Shown: in pieces, positions 49,298-60,700 of the stretch
Layout: every line of letters starts with the position of its first letter
Numbering within the stretch: position 1 is the stretch's first letter
Source: Octopus sinensis
Taxonomy: Eukaryota
Direction of reading: 5' to 3'
Assembly (NCBI RefSeq): GCF_006345805.1
Contig: NC_043018.1
Location: 3,782,001 to 3,846,000 of the forward strand
Length of the DNA stretch: 64,000 bases
Position numbers and translations under genes: made by a program
The notes under the pieces: generated by a model
Databases searched by the model: none
What the model saw: the letters and a program-made list of their open reading frames with translations, nothing else
Told to the model about the DNA's origin: nothing

Positions 49298-49338
<41 letters not shown>

Positions 49339-49347
49339 GTGTGTGTG

Positions 49348-49380
<33 letters not shown>

Positions 49381-49385
49381 GCATA
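49015..49385. repeat. (TA)n/(TG)n array
   Basis: Direct reading. Confidence 0.95.
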
Positions 49386-49609
49386 CGAATACATACATAC
49401 TTACATTTATACGTATATACATATGCATATGTGGGCACGGGACATCACAAAACGTAAACAACAAAATATACGAAGTACAAGGACATAGAAGCCCTTATTC
49501 CATGTCCTCGTACATACATAACTACAAACACACACACACACACACATAGATACATAGAGTATCTTTCTTCTATGGCCAACCAAGATGGGAGGGAGGGAGG
49601 AAGGAAATT

Positions 49610-50170
49610 ATTCTCAAAGCAGAGATTTGTCCTGATTTCTTGCAAGAGAGTTGACTCTGCAAATGGTACACGCAAGGTGCCGGTGGATGGTGATGAACCA
49701 TGAAACAGATTAACTTAAAGATGAGCTGATCTCTAACTGTGGAAGAGGTAGACCCAGGAAGAGATGGGACAAGGAAGTGGAACATGATCTTTGGATGTTG
49801 TGTCTCAAGGAGGCCATGACAAGGGACAGAGACTTTTGGCGATTTGCAGTGCTTGAGAAGACACTTCATGCTGGGGTGAAATCATAGTCATGCCCAGTGC
49901 CAGGGACACATGAAAGGCACCCGTGCCAGTGACACATGAGGCACCTATGCTAGTGACACATAAAAGGCACTCGAGCCAGTGACATGCAGAAGGCACCCAT
50001 GCTGGTGAGATGTGAAAGGCACCAAGAACACTCTGTGGAGTGGTTGGCATTAGGAAGGGCATCCACCCGTGGAAACCAGATGAGGGGAGCCTGGTGCAGG
50101 TCTTTGGTTTACCAGTGCCAGGGAAACCGTCGAACCCATGCCAGAATGGAAAACGGATGCTAAATGATGC
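49610..50170 (+). mobile_element. RTE LINE 3' end with ~26 bp internal repeats and GGTTGGCATTAGGAAGGGCATCC 3'UTR; GAT/CAT triplet array follows
   Basis: GRGRPRKRWDKEVEHDL..MTRDRDFWRFAV; 3'UTR shared with the copies at 35970, 41890 and 57620. Confidence 0.7.
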
Positions 50171-50248
50171 TAAATGATGATGATGATCATCATCATCATC
50201 CTCATCCTCATCATCATCATCGTCATCATCATCATCATCCTCATCATC

Positions 50249-50280
<32 letters not shown>

Positions 50281-50282
50281 CC

Positions 50283-50337
<55 letters not shown>

Positions 50338-50447
50338 CATCATCCTCATCATCATCCTCATCCTCATCATCATCATCGTCATCATCATCATCATCATCCT
50401 CATCATCATCATCATCACCATCATCATCATCATCCTCATCATCATTA
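50163..50447. repeat. (CAT)n array following the RTE tail
   Basis: Direct reading. Confidence 0.95.
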
Positions 50448-50635
50448 TCCAAGTAAGCTACAACAAGATTTGATCTCAAAACACAAGGAAACAGAGCAAA
50501 TGCTACAAGGAGCTCTTCCAGTTCTAAGGGACAGGAAAAAACAAGGGGAGAGATCAAGAAAGGAGGAGAAATGAAAGGTAGAATAATGGGTGGGGGGGCA
50601 GGAGGAGGGAGTAAAGCAAATGGGAAACAACTAAC

Positions 50636-50848
50636 CCAGAGTGTCTGTGTAACCATGAGCTGAGGTAGTTTTCAGGTAAAGAAGGGAAGGTATTGAGAGA
50701 CGAGCACGAGAAGGGATCGGGGTATCGGGAATATCACAGTAATTCGTGTTGTGGATCTGACATGGAGCATTGCTGCTGCCGCTGCTGCTGCTGCTGCCAT
50801 TGCTACTGGTGTTGTTGTTGTTGCTGTTGTAGTTGCATTCTAGGCAAA
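50636..50848 (-). CDS. PRDM4: PRDM4 exon 4: PR zinc knuckle and start of PR domain (FCLEC...CQIH...DIPDTPIPSRARLSIP)
   Basis: ttttccag acceptor, GTTAGT donor, 213 nt. PDTPIxSRARLS matches the PRDM4 knuckle-PR junction as recalled. Not in the supplied ORF track. Confidence 0.9.
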
Positions 50849-51525
50849 CTGGAAAAGAGAGAAAAAGAAATGGGGTAGTTTAAGCAATACTTAAAACCAG
50901 TGACACATCATAATCATCATCATCATCGTCATTTTTATCCTCATCCTCATCATCATCATCATCATCATCATAACCATCATACTCATGAGCATCTCCATAA
51001 TTATCACCAACATCATATAAGCCAGCTATAAACCAAGAAATACACCAGCCAAGAAGAGGGCTTCTATATTGTCACTTAACATGCTAGAAATAACAGCTAA
51101 ATCTCACTCGGATTAGAGATACGCCACAGATATATACAATATCATCATCATCATACTTCCCCACACAAGAGTCAGAATGTGCTCACAATTTTTCCATAGC
51201 CAAATACATTTTGTGTTGCCAACCCTCACTTATTTCTAAGCAGAGTAGAAATATTTCCCAAGGACCGGACTGGAAACGAATGACAATGTTTGTATGATAT
51301 TAACAAAGGGCCATCACAGCAGCATTACAAGCCCCCTGAGTAAACCAAATGTACTGGGACCAATAGTATTTATTAACAGCAATCCACAGCATACACAGAT
51401 CAGAACTGGGGACCCTAGACACACGAGGGCATTGGGCAGACCAATATACACTGGACCCTATAGTATTTATTCATTGACTGCAAGCCACAGCATACATAGG
51501 TCAGAATTGGGCCCCTAGATCTATG

Positions 51526-51792
51526 CAGGGCCAGTTCTAAGCCAATTAAACAGATTTGTTCAAATTGGGCCCAACACCGAGAGAGGACCCTGTGCACACA
51601 TTCAAGTGGAGGGTGCTATGATGAATTTTTAGTATATCATTGGGGTTAATGGTAGAGCCTCAAGCCCTCAACGCATTTTGGCTGGGACTGGTGTACTAAA
51701 TGAAGCATAAAACATCAATCTAGCTTTTGTAGAGTAGAGGGCCCCACTGACAATTCCCTAATTGGGTCACACTCTTCCTAGCACCGGCCCTG
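51526..51792. mobile_element. hAT-type MITE
   Basis: TIR CAGGGCCAG / CCGGCCCTG; 8-bp flanks gatctatg / aatccatg (6/8 match). Confidence 0.65.
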
Positions 51793-51859
51793 AATCCATG
51801 GGGCCCTTGGGTAACTGCTAGCAACTACTGCATGATGTCAACACACACATACACATATA

Positions 51860-52025
51860 CAATGGGCTTCTTTTAGTTTCCACCAATGAAATCCACCCTC
51901 AAGGCTTTGGTCAGGCTGGGACAATAGTAGAAAACATAGAAGACATTTGTCCAAGGAACCAGTAAGTAGGACTGAACCTGAAACCACATGGTTGAGAAAC
52001 AAACTGCTTAACCACAAGGCCATGT
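51860..52025 (-). mobile_element. SINE family B 5' half
   Basis: ggcttctttt..ggactgaacctg..cttaaccacaaggccatg. Confidence 0.7.
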
Positions 52026-52426
52026 CTACCTCTATATCTCACCTTTAATCCTTTCATTACCACATTTCTGTTAATGAAGGCTGCCTTTATTTTAATTAAT
52101 CTTTAAAATAATGAAGAATTTAGTAAAATCACTTTCTAATTATTAAGCTGTGGTCGGGAACAATTTCACAGAAGAATTTTGATGGAAGATTACAATTGAA
52201 ACCATTTTAAAACAGTAAGTTTATGTTATAAGAACTTGGGGTGGTCACAAGTGGGTTGGCATCAAAAGGGTTAAAAAACAGGACATGTAGAATAAAGTGG
52301 TTCTAAGTTCTAAGTTCCCAACATACAGAATGGTCATGGCTGGAACGCCTTTGATCAAGACAGGCCCTGGGCTAAATAAACAAGAACAAGGAAAATGTCA
52401 AGGTTTAACCTAAAAAGTTTGCTTAC

Positions 52427-52609
52427 AGTTGTCGAAAGACATTTGGTTGTAAGGTTTAGTAGTAAATGTAGCCATGTCCTCCCCCAGTTGACAGCTGGTA
52501 CCAGACATCACCATCGCACTGCTGCTCTCATCTTTAGCAGCATCAGTTGTTGTTGCGGTAGTTGCTGCTACTGCACCACTTTGGTGCACTTTGAGAATCA
52601 TGTCAATCA
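52427..52609 (-). CDS. PRDM4: PRDM4 exon 3, 183 nt (VIDMILKVHQ...MSFDN)
   Basis: ctccattccag acceptor, GTAAG donor, symmetric phase 1-1, keeps frame. Confidence 0.8.
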
Positions 52610-52837
52610 CTGGAATGGAGAAATGGTATAGAACTGTTAGAAAGGAATGTAGTAGAGGGGTGTATGGCAGTGGTGGTGGTGGTGGTGGTGGTTGGTGGTG
52701 GTGGTGGTTGGTGTATGGTGATGGTGGTGGTTGGTGGTGGTGGTGGTTGGTGGTGGTGGTGGTGGTTGGTAGTGGTGGTGGTAGTGGTGGTGTTGGATGG
52801 TGCATGGTGGTAAGAAGCAAACTCCATCCATTCATCA

Positions 52838-53045
52838 ATTTCAAGTTTTGGCACAAGGCCAGCAATTTCAGTGGCGATGGGGAGGGCTAAGTCAATTACA
52901 TTGACTCCCCCCCCACCAGTGTCCATCTGGTACTTATTTTATCAACCCTGAAAGGATGAAAGGCAAGGGCAACCTCAGTGGGATTTGAACTCAGCACATG
53001 AAGATGGATGCAATACCACTGAGCACTTCAACCAGCATACAAATG
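52838..53045 (-). mobile_element. SINE family A
   Basis: Reverse-complement core. Confidence 0.75.
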
Positions 53046-53344
53046 GTTCTGCCAGCTTACAATGGTGACAAAGGTCAAAATATCATATTTTGGCACAAAC
53101 AAGCCAATGTAATAAATAACGTGTGGAGTAAACATTCAGACATTGGTCATTGTTGTTACAAATTCTGCTGCTTTTCAAATGGAATTTTGCCCCACCATTG
53201 TCGTCTGGGTCCATAAGGTCAACCTAGCTTTGTTTGGCTGTGAATTTTGGTCGGAAAAATTTGACTGGTATGGCCAAAAACTGTGTTTGGATGGCCAGGA
53301 TTGGATCCCACAACTTTAGATTATGAACCAGCCCAGTCTTATAC

Positions 53345-53495
53345 TGGCTGCGTGGGAAGATGTTTGTTCCCCAACCAAAGGGCTTAGGTTCAGTCCCACT
53401 GTGTGGCACCTTGGGTGAGTGTCTTCTAATACAGTCCTGGACTGACCAAAGCCTTGGGATGGATTTGGTAGACAAAAACTGTGTGGAAGCACAAA
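53345..53495 (+). mobile_element. SINE family B 5' half
   Basis: ggttcagtcccactgtgtggcaccttggg..ggatttggtagac. Confidence 0.7.
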
Positions 53496-53911
53496 ATATG
53501 TGTGTGTGTGTGTGTATGTCTGTGTGTGATTGTGTTTGTGTGTGTATGTGTGTCTGTGTGTGTGTGTCGGGGATGTCTTTGTGTCTGTCTGTGTGTGTGC
53601 CTCTGTGTGTGTTTGTGAGTGTGCATGTGTATATGTGAATGTCTGTGTGTTTGTGTGTGTGTGTGTCTGTGTGTGTGTGTGTATCATATGTATATGTGCA
53701 TGTCTGTGTGTGCATGTGTCTGTCCACCACCACCACCACCACTACCACTTGACCACCTGTCCCCCCTTGTTTGCTTCCCCATGACCCAGCAGTTTAGCAA
53801 ATAAGATTGATAGAATAAATCCCAGACTTTAAAGACAGAAAAAACAAAAAAACAAAAACAGATAAACAGCAACAACAACCACAGCAACTGTGGAAGACAA
53901 GTTTCCATTAC

Positions 53912-54649
53912 CTGACATGTTGTTGATGTCTAAAAGAGAAGCTGCAGCATTTCCATCACATGACTTGTTGGAAACCATTCCAATAGAATTCAAAGAATTG
54001 GCTACTTCATCGTTACAGTGTTCTTGGAGTTGTTGGTGTTGCTGATGAAGTGAAGCATCTAAGATTGATTGAAGGTTGGCACCGGATATGGATGCTGCAA
54101 TTTCTGCAGCGGAACCATTTGTTAGTTCAAGGGCTGAACCATTATGTTGCATGATGCAAGGTGCTGCACTCATGGCGGCGGCACTAGATTTCTGGTGTTC
54201 TACATGTTTTTGACTAAATTGGTTAGCAGCCTGCAAAAGCGGAGGCAACTGAGCATCGGGCATGGAAGAGCAAGGAGTGGGGAAGTTATCGTTCTGTGAG
54301 GTGATTCCCATCCCGAGACGAAGGTCGGAGAGGTTGGACAGGCTGGAAGTGACGAGCACTGGATTCTGCAGAGTGTTGTGCATGTTTGTGGTGATGAGTC
54401 TGTTGACGTGGTTTGGGTCACAGCTGGCTTCTTCCATTGACTGGTGACCAGTAGCAGGTGACGGGTAAGATTCCAGAGTTTCTATGGTGGTGGTGTTGAT
54501 GTTGTTGTTGTTGTTATGATGCTGATGGTTATCACAGGACTCTGCCTGAATGCAACTGAGCATGTTTAAGTCCTGAACAGTGGAACAACTCCCAGCTTCC
54601 CTTTGGATGCCAGGTGCCATTACTGATGGAAACGGGATTGGTGTAGGAG
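53912..54649 (-). CDS. PRDM4: PRDM4 exon 2, 738 nt, low-complexity S/Q/N/A-rich region
   Basis: tatattttcag acceptor, 246-codon open frame (SPTPIPFPSVMAPG...LLDINNMS), GTAAT donor, phase 1-1. Confidence 0.85.
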
Positions 54650-54899
54650 CTGAAAATATAGGAAATGCACATTTGTATATCAGAATTTAAAGCTTAGATA
54701 AAGATGTGTGTGTGTGTGTGTGTGTAAGTTCCAAAATTTAAACAGAAGCAAGAAAGGAACATAGACAGGACAGGACGTTGCTAATTCCTCATCAGTTACT
54801 GTCCAAAAGATCCTTACAGTTTCACCCCACAATGGTGATATTGTTCACTCTTGGTAGTGTCATCAACGAGAACCTGCTGGGAACACATACAAACACATG

Positions 54900-55110
54900 T
54901 TCTTTTATTCTTTTACTTGTCTGAGTCATTTGACTGCAGCCAAGCTGGAGCACCACCTTTAGTCAAGCAAATCGACTCCAGGACTTATTCTTTGTAAGCC
55001 TAGCACTTATTTTATCGGTTTCTTTTGCCAAACTGCCAAGAGGCAGGCACATAAAGACATCAGTATCGATTGTCAAGCAATGTTGCAGGGACAAACACAG
55101 ACACACATAA
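54900..55110 (-). mobile_element. SINE family B 3' half
   Basis: ttttacttgt..tcatttgactgc..gctggagcaccaccttt. Confidence 0.7.
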
Positions 55111-55149
55111 ATATATACACATATATATATATACACACATATATAGTAT

Positions 55150-55345
55150 GTGACTGCGTGTGTATCGTTGGCGAATTTTTTTTCTCCGTCTTCCCTTCCT
55201 TGGACCCCCTCCTTTTTCTATGTTTCTGACGAAGAGCTCCGCTCAAACCGTTAAATCCTTCTTTCTTTCATTTCCTGGGCATCCAATAACACTATACTTG
55301 TTCCACGTCCTCGCCTTATTGTGTTTTCTCTTTGTGCTTTCATGT
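55150..55345 (+). mobile_element. Related Penelope-like terminal fragment
   Basis: ctgacgaagagc..gctc motif in a pyrimidine-rich context ending in (TA)n. Confidence 0.4.
55222..55256 (+). ncRNA. Decayed hammerhead-like motif (CUGACGA core, GAAA lost)
   Basis: GUUU-CUGACGA-A-GAGC(UCC)GCUC-AAACCGUU-AAAU. Confidence 0.25.
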
Positions 55346-55672
55346 TTGGATTAACTATATATATTTATATATACACATATATGCATATACAAATAAATAT
55401 GTATATAGGCACACACACATGCTCAGATATAAAACAAACACACTTCAAGGCCCAGGTGTATAATTTTCCATCCACTCACAGATGAGAGACAATTTGTATT
55501 CAAACAGTTACATTCCTGAGAGGTCATTCTTCTTCAATAAGAGAATCTACAGTCGACATTGATGCAAAGTATTATACACTCTACCTTCACGTAATGCATT
55601 ATACACAAGGATATCATAGCTACAAAGCAAACTTCTTAACCATTTGATCATACTGCATCTACATACAAACAC

Positions 55673-55703
<31 letters not shown>

Positions 55704-55872
55704 CATACATACATACATATACATACATATATCTGTTATGTAGGTAGTGAGGGTAAATCCCAGCTGTTTCCTTTTGAAGCTCATCTGCATATATCATTAT
55801 TACAATCCAGTATGTAGTCTCAGTTGCTGTTATATATTAGTTATATATATAGAGATATATATATATATAGAG

Positions 55873-55912
<40 letters not shown>

Positions 55913-56399
55913 GGGGGGAATGAGAAAGTAATAGAGAGTGGATAGAGAAAGATAGAGAGAGAGATAGAGAGAGAGAAAAGAGAGGACAGAAAGCAACAAC
56001 TCATCAGAGAGCAAGAGTATAGTTAGACTAGGGGTACAGGAGTAGACTGTTGTATTGATCTTGTCATTAAATGGAAAATACCAACAGCATTTACAATGGT
56101 CCTCCTGTGTGTGTGTGTGTGTATGTGTGTGTTTGCTTATATTTATGCTTCTCATAAAATGCAATTTTTATAATTATAAATTATTTTTGTAATCAAAAAT
56201 TATTTTTATAATTATAAATTATTTTTATAACTATAATTATTTTTATGATCATAATTATTTCAAAAATTATTTTTTATAATTATTTTTATAATTATTTTTA
56301 TAATTATTTTTTTATAATTATTTTTATAATCATAATTATAATTATTTTTATAATTATAATTAATAGTATTGAAAAAATTAAAATATTCTGTGTATAGTA

Positions 56400-56546
56400 G
56401 AAATGTAAGCAATTTATTGCAGATAAATTTTAACAAAATCTTTTGTTGACCTTCTGGAGCCATATGGACTCCCTCAGGATTATATTGACCCCCTAAGGGC
56501 CATATTGACCCCTAACGGTCATATGGACCCCAGCTGAGAACTGCTG
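56400..56546 (-). mobile_element. hAT (Charlie-like) terminus with subterminal repeats
   Basis: CAGCAGTTCTCAGCTGGGGTCC end flanked by tctaggc; repeated ccatat(g/t)gacccc. Confidence 0.5.
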
Positions 56547-57164
56547 GCCTAGACTAATAAAATGGAGCAAAAAACAAAAGGCAAGTAGTCACCTGTATGG
56601 ATGGAAGCCCTGCTGATTGAACCTTTGTCGATGGCAGAGATAAGGGGTCGATGAGGTAGGTTTAGGGAGAGCATCAGTGGCAACATGGAGATGGAATGTC
56701 CTGTTAGGGACACAGGGATGTGAAGAGATGGAACACTGTTTGTGCTGGATAACACTGCAAGTAGAAGAACGGTCAGACGCTAGTTGGTAACAGAGCAACC
56801 ATAAAAACTTTTGTGGTAGGGGTGGTGGTTTTGTGGTGATGTAGTAATAGTGTATAGTGTGATGGTGGTGGTGGTATGGGTGCAGTAGTATTGTGTGCAT
56901 GTGTGGTGGTGTTTGTGAGTGTCTGAGTGATGGTGGAGTGGTATTTGCATGTGGTATTGTTGTGGTGGTAGTGGTGTGGTGTGGTGGTGGTGGTGATTGT
57001 GGTGGTCGTGGAGACTGAGGCGGTAGCAGCAGCTGTGGTTGTGGTGGTGGTGTGTGGTTGTATCATGGTGTTAATGTGGTAATGGCAGTTGTAGTATAGT
57101 GTATGGTATATAGTGCTGTGGTGGTGGTGGCATAGATGATACAACAACAACAACAACAACTTAC

Positions 57165-57436
57165 ATCCAGAAGCCTGTGTCTGTAGAATCTGAGGTAGAC
57201 AGGTGTCTGTGGCAGTTTGGTTATCAGCAGCAGTGCTGCCGCCAGCCATGGCATCCGCAACGGTCGACACAGCTGGGCTGGAAGCCAGATGGTTCACATT
57301 TGGTAAAGAAGGTGCAGCAGAAGCAGCATCAGATGAAACCTCAACCATTGAGTCCACAACACAGGTCAGCTGGTCAACGTTGACCGGCAGGGTGAAGCTT
57401 TCTGCCATTGCTGAGGAACTCATCATTGCCGTTTCA
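57165..57436 (-). CDS. PRDM4: PRDM4 first identifiable coding exon (low-complexity N-terminus; probable ATG at 57426, MMSSSAMAESF...)
   Basis: Polypyrimidine tract + AG acceptor (tttttctttcccag), open frame, GTAAG donor at 57164, phase 1; joins next exon in frame (T|CT=Ser). Confidence 0.75.
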
Positions 57437-57619
57437 CTGGGAAAGAAAAAGAGAGGAAGGAATAAGTCCCTGGTCATTGAGTTTGATAATCATGCAGACA
57501 TCGGACATGGACATCTCGACTGGGATTTGGAGAAGAGGCCTCTTGGAGTTAATCAACAGCAGCTTTAGTCCTATATTTATGGACTGCCATATTAGCTTGG
57601 CGATGACTGCTAATCATCA

Positions 57620-57870
57620 TTATCATCATCATCGTTTAATGTCTGCTTTCCATGCTGGCATGGGTTGGACGGTTCAACTGGGGTCTGGGAAGCCAGAAGG
57701 CTGCACCAGGCCCAGTCTGATCTGGCAGTGTTTCTACAGCTGGATGCCCTTCCTAACGCCAACCACTCCGTGAGTGTAGTGGGTGCTTTTTATGTGCCAC
57801 CGGCACAGGTGCCAGACGAGGCTGGCAAACGGCCACGATCGGATGGTGCTTTTTACGTGCCACCGGCTTA
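57620..57870 (-). mobile_element. RTE-type 3'UTR / SINE-like repeat
   Basis: Same family as 35970-36145. Confidence 0.7.
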
Positions 57871-57951
57871 CACACACACATGTATGTGTGTGTGTAAAGT
57901 GAAGAAATTACTGGTATTCAGCATTTAGTTGTTTATTCTTTTTATCTAATA

Positions 57952-58165
57952 AAGGCAGTGTGCTGGCAGAAATGTTAGCACGCTGGATGAAATGCTTAAT
58001 GATATTTCGTCTGTCTTTACATTCAGAGTTCAAATTCTGCTGAGGCCAACTTTGCCTTTCATCCTTTTGGGGTTGATAAATTATGTACCAGTTCCATACT
58101 GGGGTCGATCTAATCGACTGGGCTCCTCTCCAAAAAATTTCAGGCCTTGTGCCTAGAGTAGAAAC
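57952..58165 (+). mobile_element. SINE family A
   Basis: Head, core and ggccttgtgcctagagtagaaa end. Confidence 0.8.
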
Positions 58166-58289
58166 GATTCTTTTTATCTATTTTATTCAATAGGAGAGTT
58201 TAGTAAAGCAAGTTAGACTTGCTCCCTTCATTTCACTTTCCTTGTCTGTCCTCATCTATGATCACGGATGTTGAGTAATGATCAAAAAG

Positions 58290-58715
58290 AGTACAATCAC
58301 GAATACAGGTGAAATGGGAGAACCCCAGGGTGGCAGGGTGGATCTCCGAAGGAACATTAGTCAACAGGATGCACAGCTTGGAGATCAGGGAGTCTCTCTT
58401 GGTTGAGTACTTACTTCTTTGCATTGAGAGGTCATGGCTTTGGTGCTATAGACATGTGATTAGAATGTCGCAGGAAAGAATCACAAAATGGATTCTTCAA
58501 GCCAAGACAACCAGCAGGAGACACAGGGCAGACTAATGATTAATGATGATTGAATAATATTCATAGCGTCAGTTGGTTGGTCATGTTTGAGAATTCAACA
58601 AGAAAGCCCAATGACAGTTGCTTCTGACAGGACCCAATGGAGAGCAGCGTCTGAGGACTCTACCCCTAAAACACCTTCAGGAATCATGGGCAGAGAAGAT
58701 GGATGGATGGATAAC
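58290..58715 (+). mobile_element. RTE (Expander/Rex3-like) fragment with (GATG)n tail
   Basis: LEIRESLLVE.LLL.IERS..RHVIRM..ERITKWIL; ASDRTQWRAA. Confidence 0.6.
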
Positions 58716-59079
58716 TTGAAGAGAGACAAAAACAAGATTCTATGTAAAAAAAAAATATATAAACATAATATAATTCTACAACAAAGGCTCGTCACCAGAC
58801 TTTGATGCCTGGAGGGTGCTTCAGAATATTCTGGGTGGGTGGGCATCAATTTTTGTAAACTGTATTTTCAAAATCTGAGGGCGCATCATTGAATACTGAA
58901 GGTGGAGTGCATTCAAGTGTATCTCCTTAGCAATGGACAAGCTACATCAAAAATGAACAAAAAACCAAGAGAAACACAGCTCGCTTTTCTTGTCCACTTT
59001 ATAAGTGTCCATCGGTGGAAGTGTGTGTGAGTGGGTGTACTTTATCTTTTATTTGTTTCAGTGATGGTGGCTCTGCTGG

Positions 59080-59420
59080 GGCACCACGTTGAAGGATGTT
59101 ACTCAAACAAATCAACCCCTGTACTCTTTTTTTAAAGCCTGCTGGTACTTATTCCGTCAATCTCGTTTGCTGAACTTCTAAGATACGAGGACGTAAACAA
59201 ACCAACACTAGTTGTCAAGCACTGTCATGGAACAGACACACACACCCGTGTGTGTGTGTGTACGACAGGCTTCTTTCAGTTTCCGTCTACCAGATCTACT
59301 CACGAATATGTGGTCAGCCCGAGGCAAAGTAAAAGACACTTGCCCAAGGTACCACGCAGTGGGACTGAACCCAGAACCACGTCGTTGGGAAGCAAACCCC
59401 ATAACACAAAGCCACGTCTG
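59080..59420 (-). mobile_element. SINE family B, diverged
   Basis: caggcttctttcagtttccgtctacc..cacgcagtgggactgaaccc. Confidence 0.7.
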
Positions 59421-60650
59421 CGCCTATATTTCGTTAGATGGGGGAGGGGGTCGTTTGCTTTTTTTTTCTTCTTCAGAGCCTCTTCTAATTAGATAAAGAA
59501 AGTATAATTAATACTAATTATTGTTCCCAAGTCGGAGCCACCGAATAAAATTTCAAATTTTGTTAAGCAATTTCGTGGACAAGCACTGACCTCAGTGCTT
59601 AACTAGTACCCTTATTTTATGAATCCCGAAATAGTGAAGGGCAAACCCCGGCGGGATTTGAGCTTCGCGCGTAAAGAGCTGAAAAACTACCGCTAAGCAT
59701 TTTGTCCGACGCACTTGTGACTCTGCTATCTTCGTCGAAGGAAATCACAATAGCTGTAGCAGTTTCATAAATAGAAAATGGACCGTTAACTTCGTGTGTG
59801 AGAGTGAACATAGAATGTATGTGCGTGTGTGTGTGTAAATAGAATGTGTGTGTGTGTGCGTGTTTTGTTTAGCTTCGTACCACCGGTCATCAAACGAAAC
59901 GAAACTATTTTCAGTTTGACAAAGTGAAAGTGGACTCCTAAATACGCGGTTCCAACTACCTCAACCACAACTACACTGCTAAATAAATGGGTCGGTCACA
60001 GATGGAATGTCTTTAACCATAGGACTGTACTAACAGCACCATCACGCAAAAGATCAAATAGAAAAGCCTCTCTGTGGTCGCTCTACAGACTAGAGATAAC
60101 AGTCAAATCCCTTTTGTTGCATATTATACAGTCTTAAAAACCAAGGGGGAAGAACTCATCGGATAATTGGGTCCTGAATATACTGCATCTAAAAAAAAGA
60201 CTGGGGTGGCATGGCTGGAACGTATTTTCTCACAGTTCTACTCCGTTATTAATTAGAAGCAACTTTTTCGCGATCATTCTCTTTACTTCATTCGAGAAGG
60301 AGCAAAATTGATGTCTAAAATCAAATAAAGAAAATCACAAATAAGGAAAATGTCTAAGATATACATACGTTTAAATGAGAAATAAAACCAGAGACGGGTT
60401 GCTGAGGGCCTGGATGCTTTTGGTCCGTGAGTCTGATCGATCGATGTTGATCGGGGAAGAAAAGCACCAAAGACATGAATAACTAATTAACTAATTAATC
60501 ACCTTTAAAAACTAATTGAATATATCATCATTAAATAATAAACTAGAAATAACGATAATCATAACTACTGTAAGATCGGAGGTAGTGGTGGGAAAACTAG
60601 TGGCGGTGCAGCCTGGAATCGAAACATCGTCCTTTGTTATCGCAGCTTAC

Positions 60651-60700
60651 CTCTTTCATGCTTAATTGCGTCAAACACCGTTTGAATTAACGACGGTGTA
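60651..60700 (-). other. Candidate upstream (5'UTR) exon of PRDM4; 5' boundary unknown
   Basis: Consensus donor GAG|GTAAGC at 60650 in unique-looking sequence; no transcript evidence. Confidence 0.2.

Noticed and set aside
49805-50656. 283 aa Asp-rich ORF continuing past PRDM4 exon 4 region
   Set aside because: Comes from the (CAT)n array and RTE UTR; the exon 4 frame has a donor at 50635 followed by a stop.
59873-59968. Candidate coding first exon ending ATG ACC GGT G|gtacga
   Set aside because: Phase 1 does not match the phase-2 requirement of the 57436 acceptor, and the donor is weak; it could only be UTR.
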